From Leucoraja ocellata (lineage: Eukaryota): 64,000 nucleotides of DNA. The position numbers were made by a program, and so were the translations under genes. Location: NCBI GenBank assembly GCA_036785375.1, contig JAWMAR010000078.1:1674001-1738000 (forward strand), in the 5' to 3' direction. Positions 52,791 through 64,000 of this stretch are shown here, in pieces (position 1 is the stretch's first letter; every line of letters begins with the position of its first letter). The notes beneath the pieces were generated by a model, which was not told where the DNA came from, did not search any database, and saw only the letters and a program-made list of their open reading frames with translations.

Positions 52791-53515
52791 CCAAGCGGGA
52801 AACAAAGCTAGTCTGAGTTAATGACAGAGCATGCTGGAAAAAAAACTTGGCAGATCAGGCAGCATCTGTGGAAAAAGAGAGTTAATGCTTTGTCAAAATC
52901 TAGACGCAAACTGCTTTTGGTGACAGTATTCAAACATTTTGCGAAATAGTCGTCCATGAATCCTGATTCCTCCAACACATCCCGAAGCATGTTATAAAAA
53001 CAAAAATGTAAACCTTGGCTAAGGCAGGAATCTCTTGACAAAATTACTCTCCCACGTGTATTCAAACATTCAAGGCCACAATTTGATTGGTACATAACAT
53101 CTCAATTTGTATCTGCCATGATTCCAGAGTAGTTGAAAAATGTTATAATCATGTTCTATGAGCCACAAGGCATCTGTCCTCATTATTACTTTCAAAATTC
53201 AGATTTGAAAGGTCAAATATTTTTTTCAAATAGTTCTTTCCATAAATCTTTGTAATTAACTTCTCTGCCACCTAAATAGATTGCAAGTCTTTTCCCTAAT
53301 GCTACTTACTCGTTTGTAAGACTTCCCTCTCCCATTACTCTTTCCGTGTATATCCAATGCTTGTTATACATAAACTTGTCAATTCGTTACGCAGGTGCTG
53401 ACTGGTTTTGTATGTGTTTCTCCTCCTCCTTTTATTTAGTTTTGTGATTAATGGTTCTTTGTTGTATATTAAAAATATGATGAATATTCAAAATATTCTA
53501 CATTCTTTCCCCCAG

Positions 53516-53650
53516 ATTATAATGAATTTAATTGTGATGAAGAAATGAATCCTTGTGGGAATGATGCTTATTGCAATCGGACAAAATTTTCACTTTTCTG
53601 TGAATGTCGGCTTGGTTTTCAAAGAAACAAAGCCTCAAAGCAGTGTGAAG
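53516..53650 (+). CDS. LRP1/LRP1B-family exon, EGF-like module
   Basis: ccccAG|AT TAT...GAA G|GTagtt; 135 nt, phase 1-1; (N)YNEFNCDEEMNPCGNDAYCNRTKFSLFCECRLGFQRNKASKQCE, resembling LRP1B NPCGDDAYCN...FCRCKPGFQRN. Confidence 0.95.
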
Positions 53651-56077
53651 GTAGTTATTTAGTACTTTTCAACATGGGTTATTCCTCAGAAAAGATTCAT
53701 AATTCATCTCTCATATATTTATATGTATGTGTGAAGTCATGCACTGAGCACCAGAATTTTGTTGCTTCAATTTCTGATTTCTGATAATTAATGGAAGATT
53801 TAAAAGACATCCTTTTTGCAAAGAGTTTCTTATTTTATTAGTTTTGATTTATTACATTGAATGAAAGATGCAGGTCTTCAACCCACGAAGCTCATGCCGA
53901 CCATTAATCACCCATTCATTCCAGTTCTATGTTATCCCACTTTCGGATCCACTTCCCACACACAAAGGGCAATTTACTTATCACTTATGCATCCCTTTGG
54001 GATATGGATGTAAACCAAAATACCCAGACACGGTCACAGAGAGGACGTACAAGCTCCACAGAGATAGCATCCATAGTCAGGATCGAACCTGGATCTGGGC
54101 GCTGTGAGGCAGCAGCTGAAGCAGCTGCATGGAGAATCTATCCTAATATATTACTAAGTATACGTTGTCAGTATGGGTTATGGCTATGATTTTTTCTTTC
54201 TGGATATCGGCTTTGAATACCAATCTCATCATTTTGGATAGCTAGAAAATCCATTGTAAATTCAATTCATGTGGCCGTCATTGTAATTGCAATTCTATGA
54301 AACATAACTTGCTAAAATCTTAAATCAGATTAGAAGCCTTCTCAAATTGGTCTCCAAATATAAAGATATCTCCAGTTTAAATTTTATTCTACAGTTATAG
54401 CAGTTTGTTGTACCTCTCCAAAAATAATTTCCATGACAATTGGTACTGAGCAGAGATAAATTTCTCAGCAGCTTTTTCCCATGGTTGATGTTTAGTCATG
54501 GTACTGTAATAATGCATGCTTTATGACAAAAATGCTCTTGCCTATATGTTGATTGAAGTCTTGAAGTGAGTCTTGTGACTGAAGTAAGTCACTAGAGACA
54601 CTGAAGTTGTAGGTATGAAGGGCTTTATTCACATGAATAACAGACATTCACTTGGAGAACCAGTACAATATCTCCAAACAGTGTTTTTTTATATCCTCTT
54701 AAGAACAAAGATAACAGCAGATGATTCAATAGGATTTCAATAGCTACAATGACATGGTTTACTTCAATGCTTCGAGTCTGACTTTGGTTCCATTAAATTA
54801 CATTTGCAATGTGAGCACACTGTGACTGACAAGGCACCTCTGAATGTTCAAACCCCTTTCCTGGGACATAGTAACTCGCATGAATGTTCTTAAAGATTTC
54901 TGAGCACAAAGAACACAGACACCTTTAGACACAGGAGCAGAATTAGGCCATTCAGCCCTTCGGGTCTGCTCTGCCATTTGATCATGACTATTTTCCCTCT
55001 CAACACCATTCTTCTGCCTTCTCCCCATAACCTGTGATGCCCTTACTATTCAAGGTCGTATCAATCTCTGCTTTAAAAATACCCAATGAACTGGCCTCCA
55101 CCACCGTCTGTGACAATAAATTACAACCCAGCAGTATGAATATTGATTTCTCTAACTTCGTTACCCCTGCATTCCCGCTTTCACTTAGGCCACTGCAAAC
55201 AATGGCCTGTTCCTTTCATCATCAATACTTTTTTACATATCTTTCATTCATTTTTTTTAGTTTAGTTCAGATACAGCGTGGAAACAGGCCCTTTGGCCCA
55301 TTGGGCCACACCGATCAGCGATCACCGCACATTGACACTATCCTACACAAACTCCAATTAATCTACAGACCTGTACATTTTTGGAGTGTGGGAGGAAACC
55401 GAAGATCATGGAGATAACCCACGCAGTCTCAGGGAGAATGTACAGACTCCGTACAGACAGCACCTGTAGTCAGGATCTCTCTATGTAAGGTAAAAGATAT
55501 ATGTGGCAGTTGAATTAGGCCATTCGGCCCATCAGGTCTACTCTGCCATTCAATCATGGCTGATCTATCTCTCCCGCTTAACCCCATTCTCCTGCCTTTT
55601 CCCCATAACCTCTGATAAATGTACTAATCAAGAACCTATTGATTTAAAATATCCACTGGCTTGGCCACCACAGCCTTCTGTGGCCAAGAACACCACAGAT
55701 TCACCACCCTCTGACTATATCACCATCTATTTCTCTCGTTTCCCTTTCCCCTCGGTCTAAAGAAGGATCTCAACGCAAAGCGTCACCTATTCCTTCTCTC
55801 CAGAGATACTGTCTGATCTACTGAGTTACTCCAGCTTTTTATGTCTATCTTCAGTTTAAACCAACATCTGCAGTTCCTTCCTACACACTCCTATCTATTG
55901 TCGTATGTTTGGCTGATGCATATGGCTGATGCATACGAGAATGTCTCATTGTCATGTTAGTTTACAAACCAGATCTCGAGTGCCCTGCCTCCTACAGTGG
56001 TTTAGTAGCCAGTGCTCTCTTGATGATACTGTTTGTTTAAAAACTGATGACTGCTTGCGATCAGAACAGCTTTTTTC

Positions 56078-56660
56078 TTTAGTTTAGTTTAGAGATACAG
56101 CGTGGAAACAGGCCCCTCGACTCATTGTGTCCACGCTGACCATTGATCACTTGTACACTAGTTCCATGTTATCCCAGTTTTGCATCCTACACACGGGGGC
56201 AATTTATAGAACCTAATTAACCTAAAATCTTTTGCTATTTTGCTAGCCCTTGCTGTCTCCTCCCCTTCCTTAACCCTCGAGCTGTCTCCTCCCATCCGCC
56301 CGCCCTCGGGCTCCTTCTCCTCCCCTTTTTCCTTCCTTCTCCCCTCCCACCCCCCATCAGTCTGAAGAAGGGTTTCGGCCCGAAACGTCGCCTATTTTCT
56401 TCGCTCCATAGATGCTGCTGCACCAGCTGAATTTCTCCAGCAATTTTGTGTGCCTTCGATCTTCCAGCATCTGCAGTTCCTTCTTGAACACGTTAAAACC
56501 TAAAAACTTGTCGTCTTCTGAATGTGGGAGGAAACCAGAGCACCTGGAGAAAACCCACGCAGTCACTGTGAGAACATACAAATTCCACACAGACAACACC
56601 CATAGTCATGATCAAACCCAGGTCTCCGTAGTTGTGAGTCAACAGCTGTGTGCCACTATG
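56078..56660 (-). mobile_element. HE1/V-SINE interrupted by a Penelope terminal repeat (about 56230-56492)
   Basis: SINE halves on either side of the hairpin-family sequence; aacctaaaa repeated at the junctions. Confidence 0.75.
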
Positions 56661-57759
56661 CTGACCCAAGTATTACTGTGTAGCACATAATTCTCTTAAC
56701 TCCCAAGTAACCTCTTGTTGGAAGGCGTAACATAGACTGAATAGGAAATTCAGATCTTGGTGAAAACCGGCATCCTCTTGACCAATTTCCTATACAGTAA
56801 GAGTGAAATTTGATTTTATGTGTATATAATTTGATTTTATGTTAAAAATTCAGACTTGGTTGGACTTTCAAGGTTTGGTTCTTTATAGTCAATCAAAATA
56901 AATGTTTTAATCTGAGTTTAATGCATGTAACTACTGTGTTGTATGTTGAGTGTGTACAGCTGAGGATAAATCATTCTACCTTCATCTCTTTTCCCATGTC
57001 AGTTTAAAGGTAAGTATCTTGGCAAAGCTCCAAAATAACAAGGACAATGTTTCCATTGCAAGAAGTTAGAGTCTGAAATACTTTGCTACTGGTCGCAGTA
57101 AAAGCAAATTTATTGTATTACTCACAATGGAGCTGTATAATTATCAGATAAGAAATAACTTGCAGGGGTATTATGGGAGATATTAAGTTGTAGGAAAACA
57201 AGGAAGTAGAAATAGAATGATATAGACACAAAATGCTGGAGTAATTAAGCGGGTCAGGCAGTTTCTCTGGAGAAAAGGTGATGTTTTGGGTGCCAGTCTG
57301 AAGAAGGGTCCCGCATCACTTATTCCTTTTCTCCAGAGATACTGCCTGATCTGCTGAGTTACTCCAGAATTTTGTGTCTATCTTCGGTGTAAACCAACAT
57401 CTGCAGCTACACAATGTAATTATATACTTGCTTGGCTCAGAGACAGTATGGAACCAACAGGCCAAATAGACCTTCTGTATCAAAATACATGTAATAAGGA
57501 GAATGTGGGAGTGCCTGGATTAATATTATTCAGTGAGAACAATTATCAGCGAATCACTCAATGGGATCCTCCCCAAGGGAGGTTGTCATTGAGTGATTAT
57601 TTGATAATTAGTGCCCATCAGTGATTCTCCAATAATTACTTGCAAGAATTCTAAATGTCCCCAGCAATATCCAATAGGCCTTTGCAAAATAATTGATTTT
57701 GCTTTTTCACTGTGGGAAAAATTGTCTTGGATATGTAACAACACTTGCATTTTTTTCAG

Positions 57760-57882
57760 ACATTAATGAGTGCCTTCAATTTGGAACTTGCTCACATTAT
57801 TGCAATAACACTAAAGGGTCATACGTGTGTGCATGTGGAAAAAACTACAAACCTTCTTACAACCACAGCTGTAAGACAGAAG
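57760..57882 (+). CDS. LRP1/LRP1B-family exon, calcium-binding EGF module
   Basis: tttcAG|AC ATT...GAA G|GTaatg; 123 nt, phase 1-1; (D)[40 protein letters not shown]. The next (beta-propeller) exon is not seen before the window ends. Confidence 0.95.
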
Positions 57883-59019
57883 GTAATGGTGCACAAAATA
57901 TTGCATGCGAGAATCAAGTATATGAATGGTATTTTTATAATGGTGAATTAACTGAATTTGAATTACGTTCAATTTCATGTCGCATGTTAAATTATTGACA
58001 CAGTAAAAATATGTGTTTTTGTGTGTTAATTTTTGTGTGTTAATGCCAAGGAGGAATAGTGAAAGGGATCTCCTAATGTGACATTGCATCACACTTTTGC
58101 TTGCAATAGATACTAGGATGCGCTGTGTGATATCACAATTCAAACACTGCGGGTGCTGAAAGTCTGAAAGAACAACAAAAAAGCTGAAAACACTCAACAG
58201 TTCTGGAAGCATCAATGGATAGAAACGCAGAATTTCTCTGAGATACCTCCTCTGTCTTATCTATTCCTCCTCATCTGTGCAACTTAAAGCTAATGTGTTC
58301 TCAATCTCTGATTTCTGACCAAAGGTCTTCGACAAGATAGTTCAACATTATTTATCTTTCCATGGGTTCTGCCTGACCAGCTATTTCCAGCATTTTCTAT
58401 ATTTATTTATGATAAAAAGCATTTAAGCTTGCAAATTGAGGTAGGGTCAGATAGGTTGAGGTAGTTTGCAAGCATTCTATTATGGACATTTTAATTAGGA
58501 TGAAAAGGTACATGAGAAATCAAGAGTTTCATTTGGCACATATTAAGAACAGGCAGCAGAGTTTTTATCCCTGCAGATTCAAGAAGGATCAAAGATGCAA
58601 GGCTGACCAGGTGAGTATTAGAATACTTCAGTCTGAAGGTAACAAAACCAGGGATTAGATATTCAGTTGCAGATGGGCTGAAGCAGATGCAAAGAAGAAT
58701 GATGTTACATGGGGTGCAGCCAGAGGGTATGGAAGCCAAGCTTAGGGTTAGTTACAATATCAAAGTTCTGAACAATCATCTTAAATAATATTTTGTCCCT
58801 CGGGTTCCTATTAAATCTTTCCCCCTCACCTTAAACCTATGTCCCAGGTTCTTGATTTCCCTCTTCTGGGTAAAAATATCTGCATTTACACTATCTATTC
58901 GTCTCATGATTTTATACACCTCTATAAAATCACCCTTGACCCTCCTGCACACCATGGGCTAAATTCCTAGCCTGCCCAACCTCTCCTGATAGTTTAGGCC
59001 CTCAAGTCCTGGCAACAAC

Positions 59020-60080
59020 TGTAATTAGCTTGTTCTAAGCTTCCCCCCAGTCTAGTTTCAGTCAACAATCACTGAGTCAAGCACTTGCCCAACTAATCTT
59101 TATTTTGACAAAACACAATTACAGTTCCACTACTGTATCTAACCACCACAGGTTCAATCCTCGTATCTGCCTGATCAAGCCCTCCTAGCCTCGCTCAAGC
59201 AGAGACACTCCAGAAGATCACGCAGTCCCAAGCACTCTCCCTGAAGATCGATACAGGACCTCATGGGAGCGGACTTTTATGTCCCCGAACATCGAGGGGC
59301 TGAACCACATGGGGGTGGTCTTTTTACAGTCCAATAACAGATATCAATTAACCCAGTACATAACCATATAACCATATAACAATTACAGCATGGAAACAGG
59401 CCATCTCGGCCCTACAAGTCCGTGCCAAACAATTTTTTTTTCCCCTTAGTCCCACCTGCCTGCACTCGTACCATAACCCACCATTCCCTTCTCATCCATA
59501 TGCCTATCCAATTTATTTTTAAATGATACCAATGAACCTGCCTCCACCACTTCCACTGGAAGCTCATTCCACACCGCTATCACTCTCTGAGTAAAGAAGC
59601 TCCCCCTCATATTACCCCTAAACTTCTGTCCCTTAATTCTGAAGTCCTGTCCTCTTGTTATATGTTATATGATTAAATGATGGACATTTCCTCAACCCAA
59701 TAACACAGTGACTAATACATTGTATTCAAATGGTGCTTCTCAAAGGAAATGAACATCGCAACATGTGCCTGATATTCAAGAAAACCAGACAAGGCTCATT
59801 ACTTAATCCAATCAACATCTAGCTTGCAACATTATTTACAATGTGTATGTCTGGGTTGCATTCATCCAATCCATTCTATGCATTTTGCATCTAATTGTCA
59901 TATTCTGCAGATGCTCCATTCTCTTCCTGCAGCTCTAATCTAGGCTCTAGACAAACTGGCACGATTCTGCAGCTTGTCCCATTTCTACAGAAGGCACATT
60001 TAAATTGACCAAATGGCCTAGCAGCCAAGAATTTACTCAATTTTAGTGTTACGGCCTCTCCGATTTGGCCAGAATTAACA
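59020..60080 (-). mobile_element. Solo LTR inserted in a CR1 LINE and itself containing a CR1 tail (about 59360-59658)
   Basis: TGTAATT...AATTAACA termini; 4-bp TSD CAAC (59016-19, 60081-84); minus-strand AATAAA at about 59100 and TATA-like at about 59278; the host LINE resumes as caacctcgtaaatc. Confidence 0.8.
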
Positions 60081-61444
60081 CAACCTCGTAAATCTTCTCT
60101 GCACCCCTTCCAGCTTAACAACATCCTTTCTGTAACCAAAAACTGACCAAAAACTGAACACAATACTCCAAAGATAGGCACAAAAAGCTGGAGTAACTCA
60201 GCGGGCCAAGCAGCATCTCTGGAGAGAAGGAATGGGTGACGTTTCAGGTCAAGACCCTTCCTCAGAATGTGACCTCACGAATATCTTGTACAACTGTAGC
60301 CCAGAGTAGGGGAATCAAAAACTGGAGGGCATAGATTTCGGGTGAGAGGAGAGGGATTTAATAGGAATTTGAGTGGCAACTATTTCACACGAAGGGTGGT
60401 GGGTATATGGAACAAGCTGCCAGAGGAGATAGTTGAGCCAGGTACTATCACAATATTTAAATAATATTCAGACAGGTACTTGGATAGGAAAGGTTTAGAA
60501 GGATATGGATCAATGCAGGCAGGTGGGACTAGTGGAGATGGGGCATGTTGGTCTGCGTGGGCATGTTACATGTCTCTCTGATGCTATGACATCAATGAAT
60601 ATGCACGTCACCATACACTTTTTCACTTTATGAGCAATCTTCAACCTCCCAGCTTGCCTTCAGCGCATTTTAAAAATAATACACATCTATGTGTTTGACT
60701 GCTATCTTGTGTGATCTTTGTGAAATTTTCAATCTTGTGAACTTCCTGATGAGGTTGGGGGAAACCGGTCCATTAAAATCCTCTGACGGGGATCTTAAAA
60801 GGGAAAACAAGGACACTGATAAAGATTAGTAGAGTGGGATTAATTGCAAAACTTGATGAACAAGCCAGCATGGTTCAAACATCTGTCTTTTGTGCTTTAT
60901 GATTCTAGATTCTACTTCTAAACTCACAGGGGAATAGCAATTACCCATTTTATATCCAAAGTTGATAGGAAACACCAAGAGTCACGTCATTAATATTCAT
61001 GAATTACTTTTTACCCTGTGCTTTGTCAAAAGTGGAAGAAATGATTGAGGGTTAACATTATTCACTCAGCTAGAACTATCCTTTGATAATAATACAAAAT
61101 AGCAAATCAAGGTGGAAAATCAGATGACAATTAAGAGAGAAAATGAACAGTTGCCACTTTCACATTTTTATTGCAACAGCTCATTAATTGTGGAAACTGC
61201 AGAGACTGAGCACAAAATAGGCAAATTATCATCTCTGGAGAGGAATGGGTGACGTTTCGAGTTGAGAAAAGAAGGGTCTTTATCCAAAATGTGACCCATT
61301 CCAGAAATGCTGCCTGTCCAGCATTTTGTTTCTATCTTTGGTGTAAACTAGCATCTGCAGTTCCTTCCAAATTATTAAGCTTTGTTCAAGGACTTAGTTT
61401 TTCCCGACCAACATAATTTCAGGATAGTACATAAATAGATGAAA

Positions 61445-61840
61445 AGTCAAGTCAAGTCAAGTCAAGTTTATTTGTCACATACACATACGAGATGTGCAGT
61501 GAAATGAAAGTAGCAATGCTCGCGGAACAACAAAACAACCAAACAGATTATAAACACAATCATAACACACATATTATTTTACATAATAAATAATAGAAGG
61601 AAAAACGTTCTGTACAGTTAGTCCCTGGTGAGAAAGGCGTTTACAGTCCGAATTGCCTCTGGGAAGAAACTCCTTCTCAACCTCTCCGTTCTCACTGCAT
61701 GGCAACGGAGGCGTTTGCCTGACCGTAGCGGCTGGAACAGTCTGTTGCAGGGGTGGAAGAGGTCTCTCATGATTTTGTTTGCTCTGGAGTTGCACCTCCT
61801 GTTGTATAGTTCCTGCAGTGGGGTGAGTGAAGTTCCCAGT
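61445..61840 (-). mobile_element. Rex1/Babar LINE 3' end
   Basis: LQELYNRRCNSRANKIMRDLFHPCNRLFQPLRSGKRLR...RTERLRRSFFPEAIR; (CTTGA)n tail. Confidence 0.85.
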
Positions 61841-62274
61841 CTGTGGTTTATTATTTCAAAAATCATACACCAAATTTGACTTTGTTTGCATATATCATGC
61901 AATGGTCATGATGCTACAGAGATTCAGCATTCCACTCCCATTTTTCAACTATAAACCAAGAACTTTGGCCTAGTTTTATCAGTGAGCACACAAGGGCTAC
62001 CTGTTACTGAGTTTGAAGTTGTACTCACATTTGGTGCTCTTCTTGAGACAAATTTTACCTTTCACATTACCTGTTGTTGCAAGGTGTCAGTTCCACAAAT
62101 TCTTGCTCTTCAGAAATTGTGATGTCATTAAGTTGTCTGAACAACAAGTTAAATTTAAGACATTTTACAGATCTATGTAAAAAATCAGATTGTTTTTTTC
62201 ATTTTAAACAAACCATGAAACTATTCCTAACCCGAAACATCACCGATCCGTGTTCTTTGGAACTGCTGCCTAAA

Positions 62275-62550
62275 GTTAGTTTTGAGATGCAAGCATGGAA
62301 ACAGGCCATTTGGCCCACCAAGTCTGCGGTGACCGACACTCACCTTGTACACTAGTTCAATTCCACACACCAGGGACAATTTTACAAAAGATAAGTCACC
62401 TACAAATCTGCACATCTTTGGAATGTGGGAGCACCTAGAGAAAACCCATGCAGTCACAGGGAGAACGTACAAACTCCGTACAGACAGCACCCGTGGTCAG
62501 GATCGAATCTGGGTCTTTGACGCTGTAAGGCAGCAGCTACTGTAACACTC
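62275..62550 (-). mobile_element. HE1/V-SINE (further copies at about 53860-54125, 55255-55475 and 63005-63230)
   Basis: gggagaacgtacaaactccgtacagacagcacccgtggtcaggatcgaa. Confidence 0.8.
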
Positions 62551-64000
62551 TGACACCCTCAATGAACTGCTAAATTATTCAAGCACTTTGTGATTTTTTT
62601 TTTAAATAGTCAAATGTACAAAATGATTAAAAATGAAACAGAAGCAGCATAAAAACAGTAATATGTTTTATGAAGCAGAATACAAGGAAAGTGCAATTTT
62701 TGGACGATGTTGAAGCAAAAAATTACCATCACTTAAAGAACAGTGCATAACCTGCATGAGGAATCATAATAATGTCAATGTTAACAAACCATTGTTTAAA
62801 ACATTAAGTATGGGAGCAGAACATCCAAATGTATAATGCCAAACTGAAAATCCTTTTAATAGAGAAAGCAGATTGGGAACAATACTGGACAGAAAGTGAG
62901 GCAGCTCTAAAATGTTGCCTCATCTACTCATGTCCTGGATAGATAAGGAACAATCATGGCTTTTATGCGGCAACACTTGTAGATTCTAGAGTTGAGAAAA
63001 TTTGGGATTTAGTTGATTGAGTGAAAGATACAGCATGGAAACGGGCCTTTCGGTCCACCAAGTCCATGCCGACCATCGATGCTATTGCAATTTTGCATCT
63101 ACTCCCTACAGACTAGAGGCAATTTACAGAGGCCAATTAACCTATAAACCCGCATGTCTTTGGGCATGTGGAAGTAAACATCTGGAGAAAACCCATATGG
63201 TCACAGGGAGAACATGTGAACTCCATTTGAATATAGCATTACAATAGGTGTCGTGACAATAGAAAATTGTCAGTGTGCACAAAGAAAATTCTACAGCGTC
63301 CAGAGAAGTTAAGAACAAGTCTCAAGACTTTCACCCAGTTTACCACAGGGACTTGTGGAATTACACTTAGCAAAAAAATAGATCTTTGGAGTTAACCAGA
63401 AGGGCCACAATCTCCACATGCAATTAGAAGGGAAAAAAAACTGACTTTTTTTGGATGTATACCTGAGGTGTAACTTAATCAATAAAATTCACTAAAAGTA
63501 TCTCTGACAATAATGAAGTAACACCTGAAATTGAATGCAATTTTATTTGTTCTATTTTGAAACAAATATATGTTATCAGAAGGAATGCAAAACAACACCA
63601 GGAGCTTAATTTTGGAGTCAAAAGTGAGTGCTGGGAGAACACAGAGCCATCATGGTAATTTATTTGGATAGGTGACGTTTTGACACCTGAAACGCCACTT
63701 ATCCATGTTCTCCAGAGATGCTGCCTGACTTGCAGACTCTAGCACTGTCCCCTTTTTTTTGCAAACCATCATCTGCAGTTCCTCATGTCTACATCTAACT
63801 GGTAATGTACTTGTTTTAAAGAGAATATTTATTGGTGATATGCTTTAGATGTATTAAATTGTTATGAGTTTAGAAAGGTACAGTCAGGTGAGACAAGTGA
63901 AATTAAATTAAATTCATGAACAAGGGGCAATTATGAAGGAAAAAGAAAAATGCTATTTGTTTTCATTAAAATAACAATACACAATTGATAGATCTGCAAA

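Noticed and set aside
54574-54801. Possible solo LTR (TGT...ACA, minus-strand AATAAA and TATA)
   Set aside because: No matching TSD found, so support is insufficient.

Overview
Eukaryotic, repeat-rich vertebrate genomic DNA. The repeat inventory (HE1/V-SINEs, HER1/CR1 LINEs, palindromic Penelope derivatives) points to a cartilaginous fish, probably a skate or ray (inference). The window lies inside one large + strand gene of the LRP1/LRP1B family. Eight GT-AG exons (23843-57882, 993 nt, phases compatible) encode the last six LDL-receptor class A repeats of ligand-binding cluster IV and two EGF modules. The introns contain a full-length but decayed DIRS tyrosine-recombinase retroelement, CR1, RTE and Rex1 LINE pieces, solo LTRs, hAT and Harbinger-type MITEs, Penelope-derived hairpins with hammerhead-like cores, and a 188-N gap. 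Main finding: a non-autonomous Helitron (about 25857-27178) carries a captured piece of HTRA2/Omi exon 1 that the ORF track missed. Its 3' part is flanked by splice sites and is in frame with the upstream LRP exon, so it may act as a poison or truncating exon. Second finding: the host protein combines LRP1-type module order with LRP1B-like distal sequence and may be a third paralogue. All homology calls come from recalled sequences, not from database searches.
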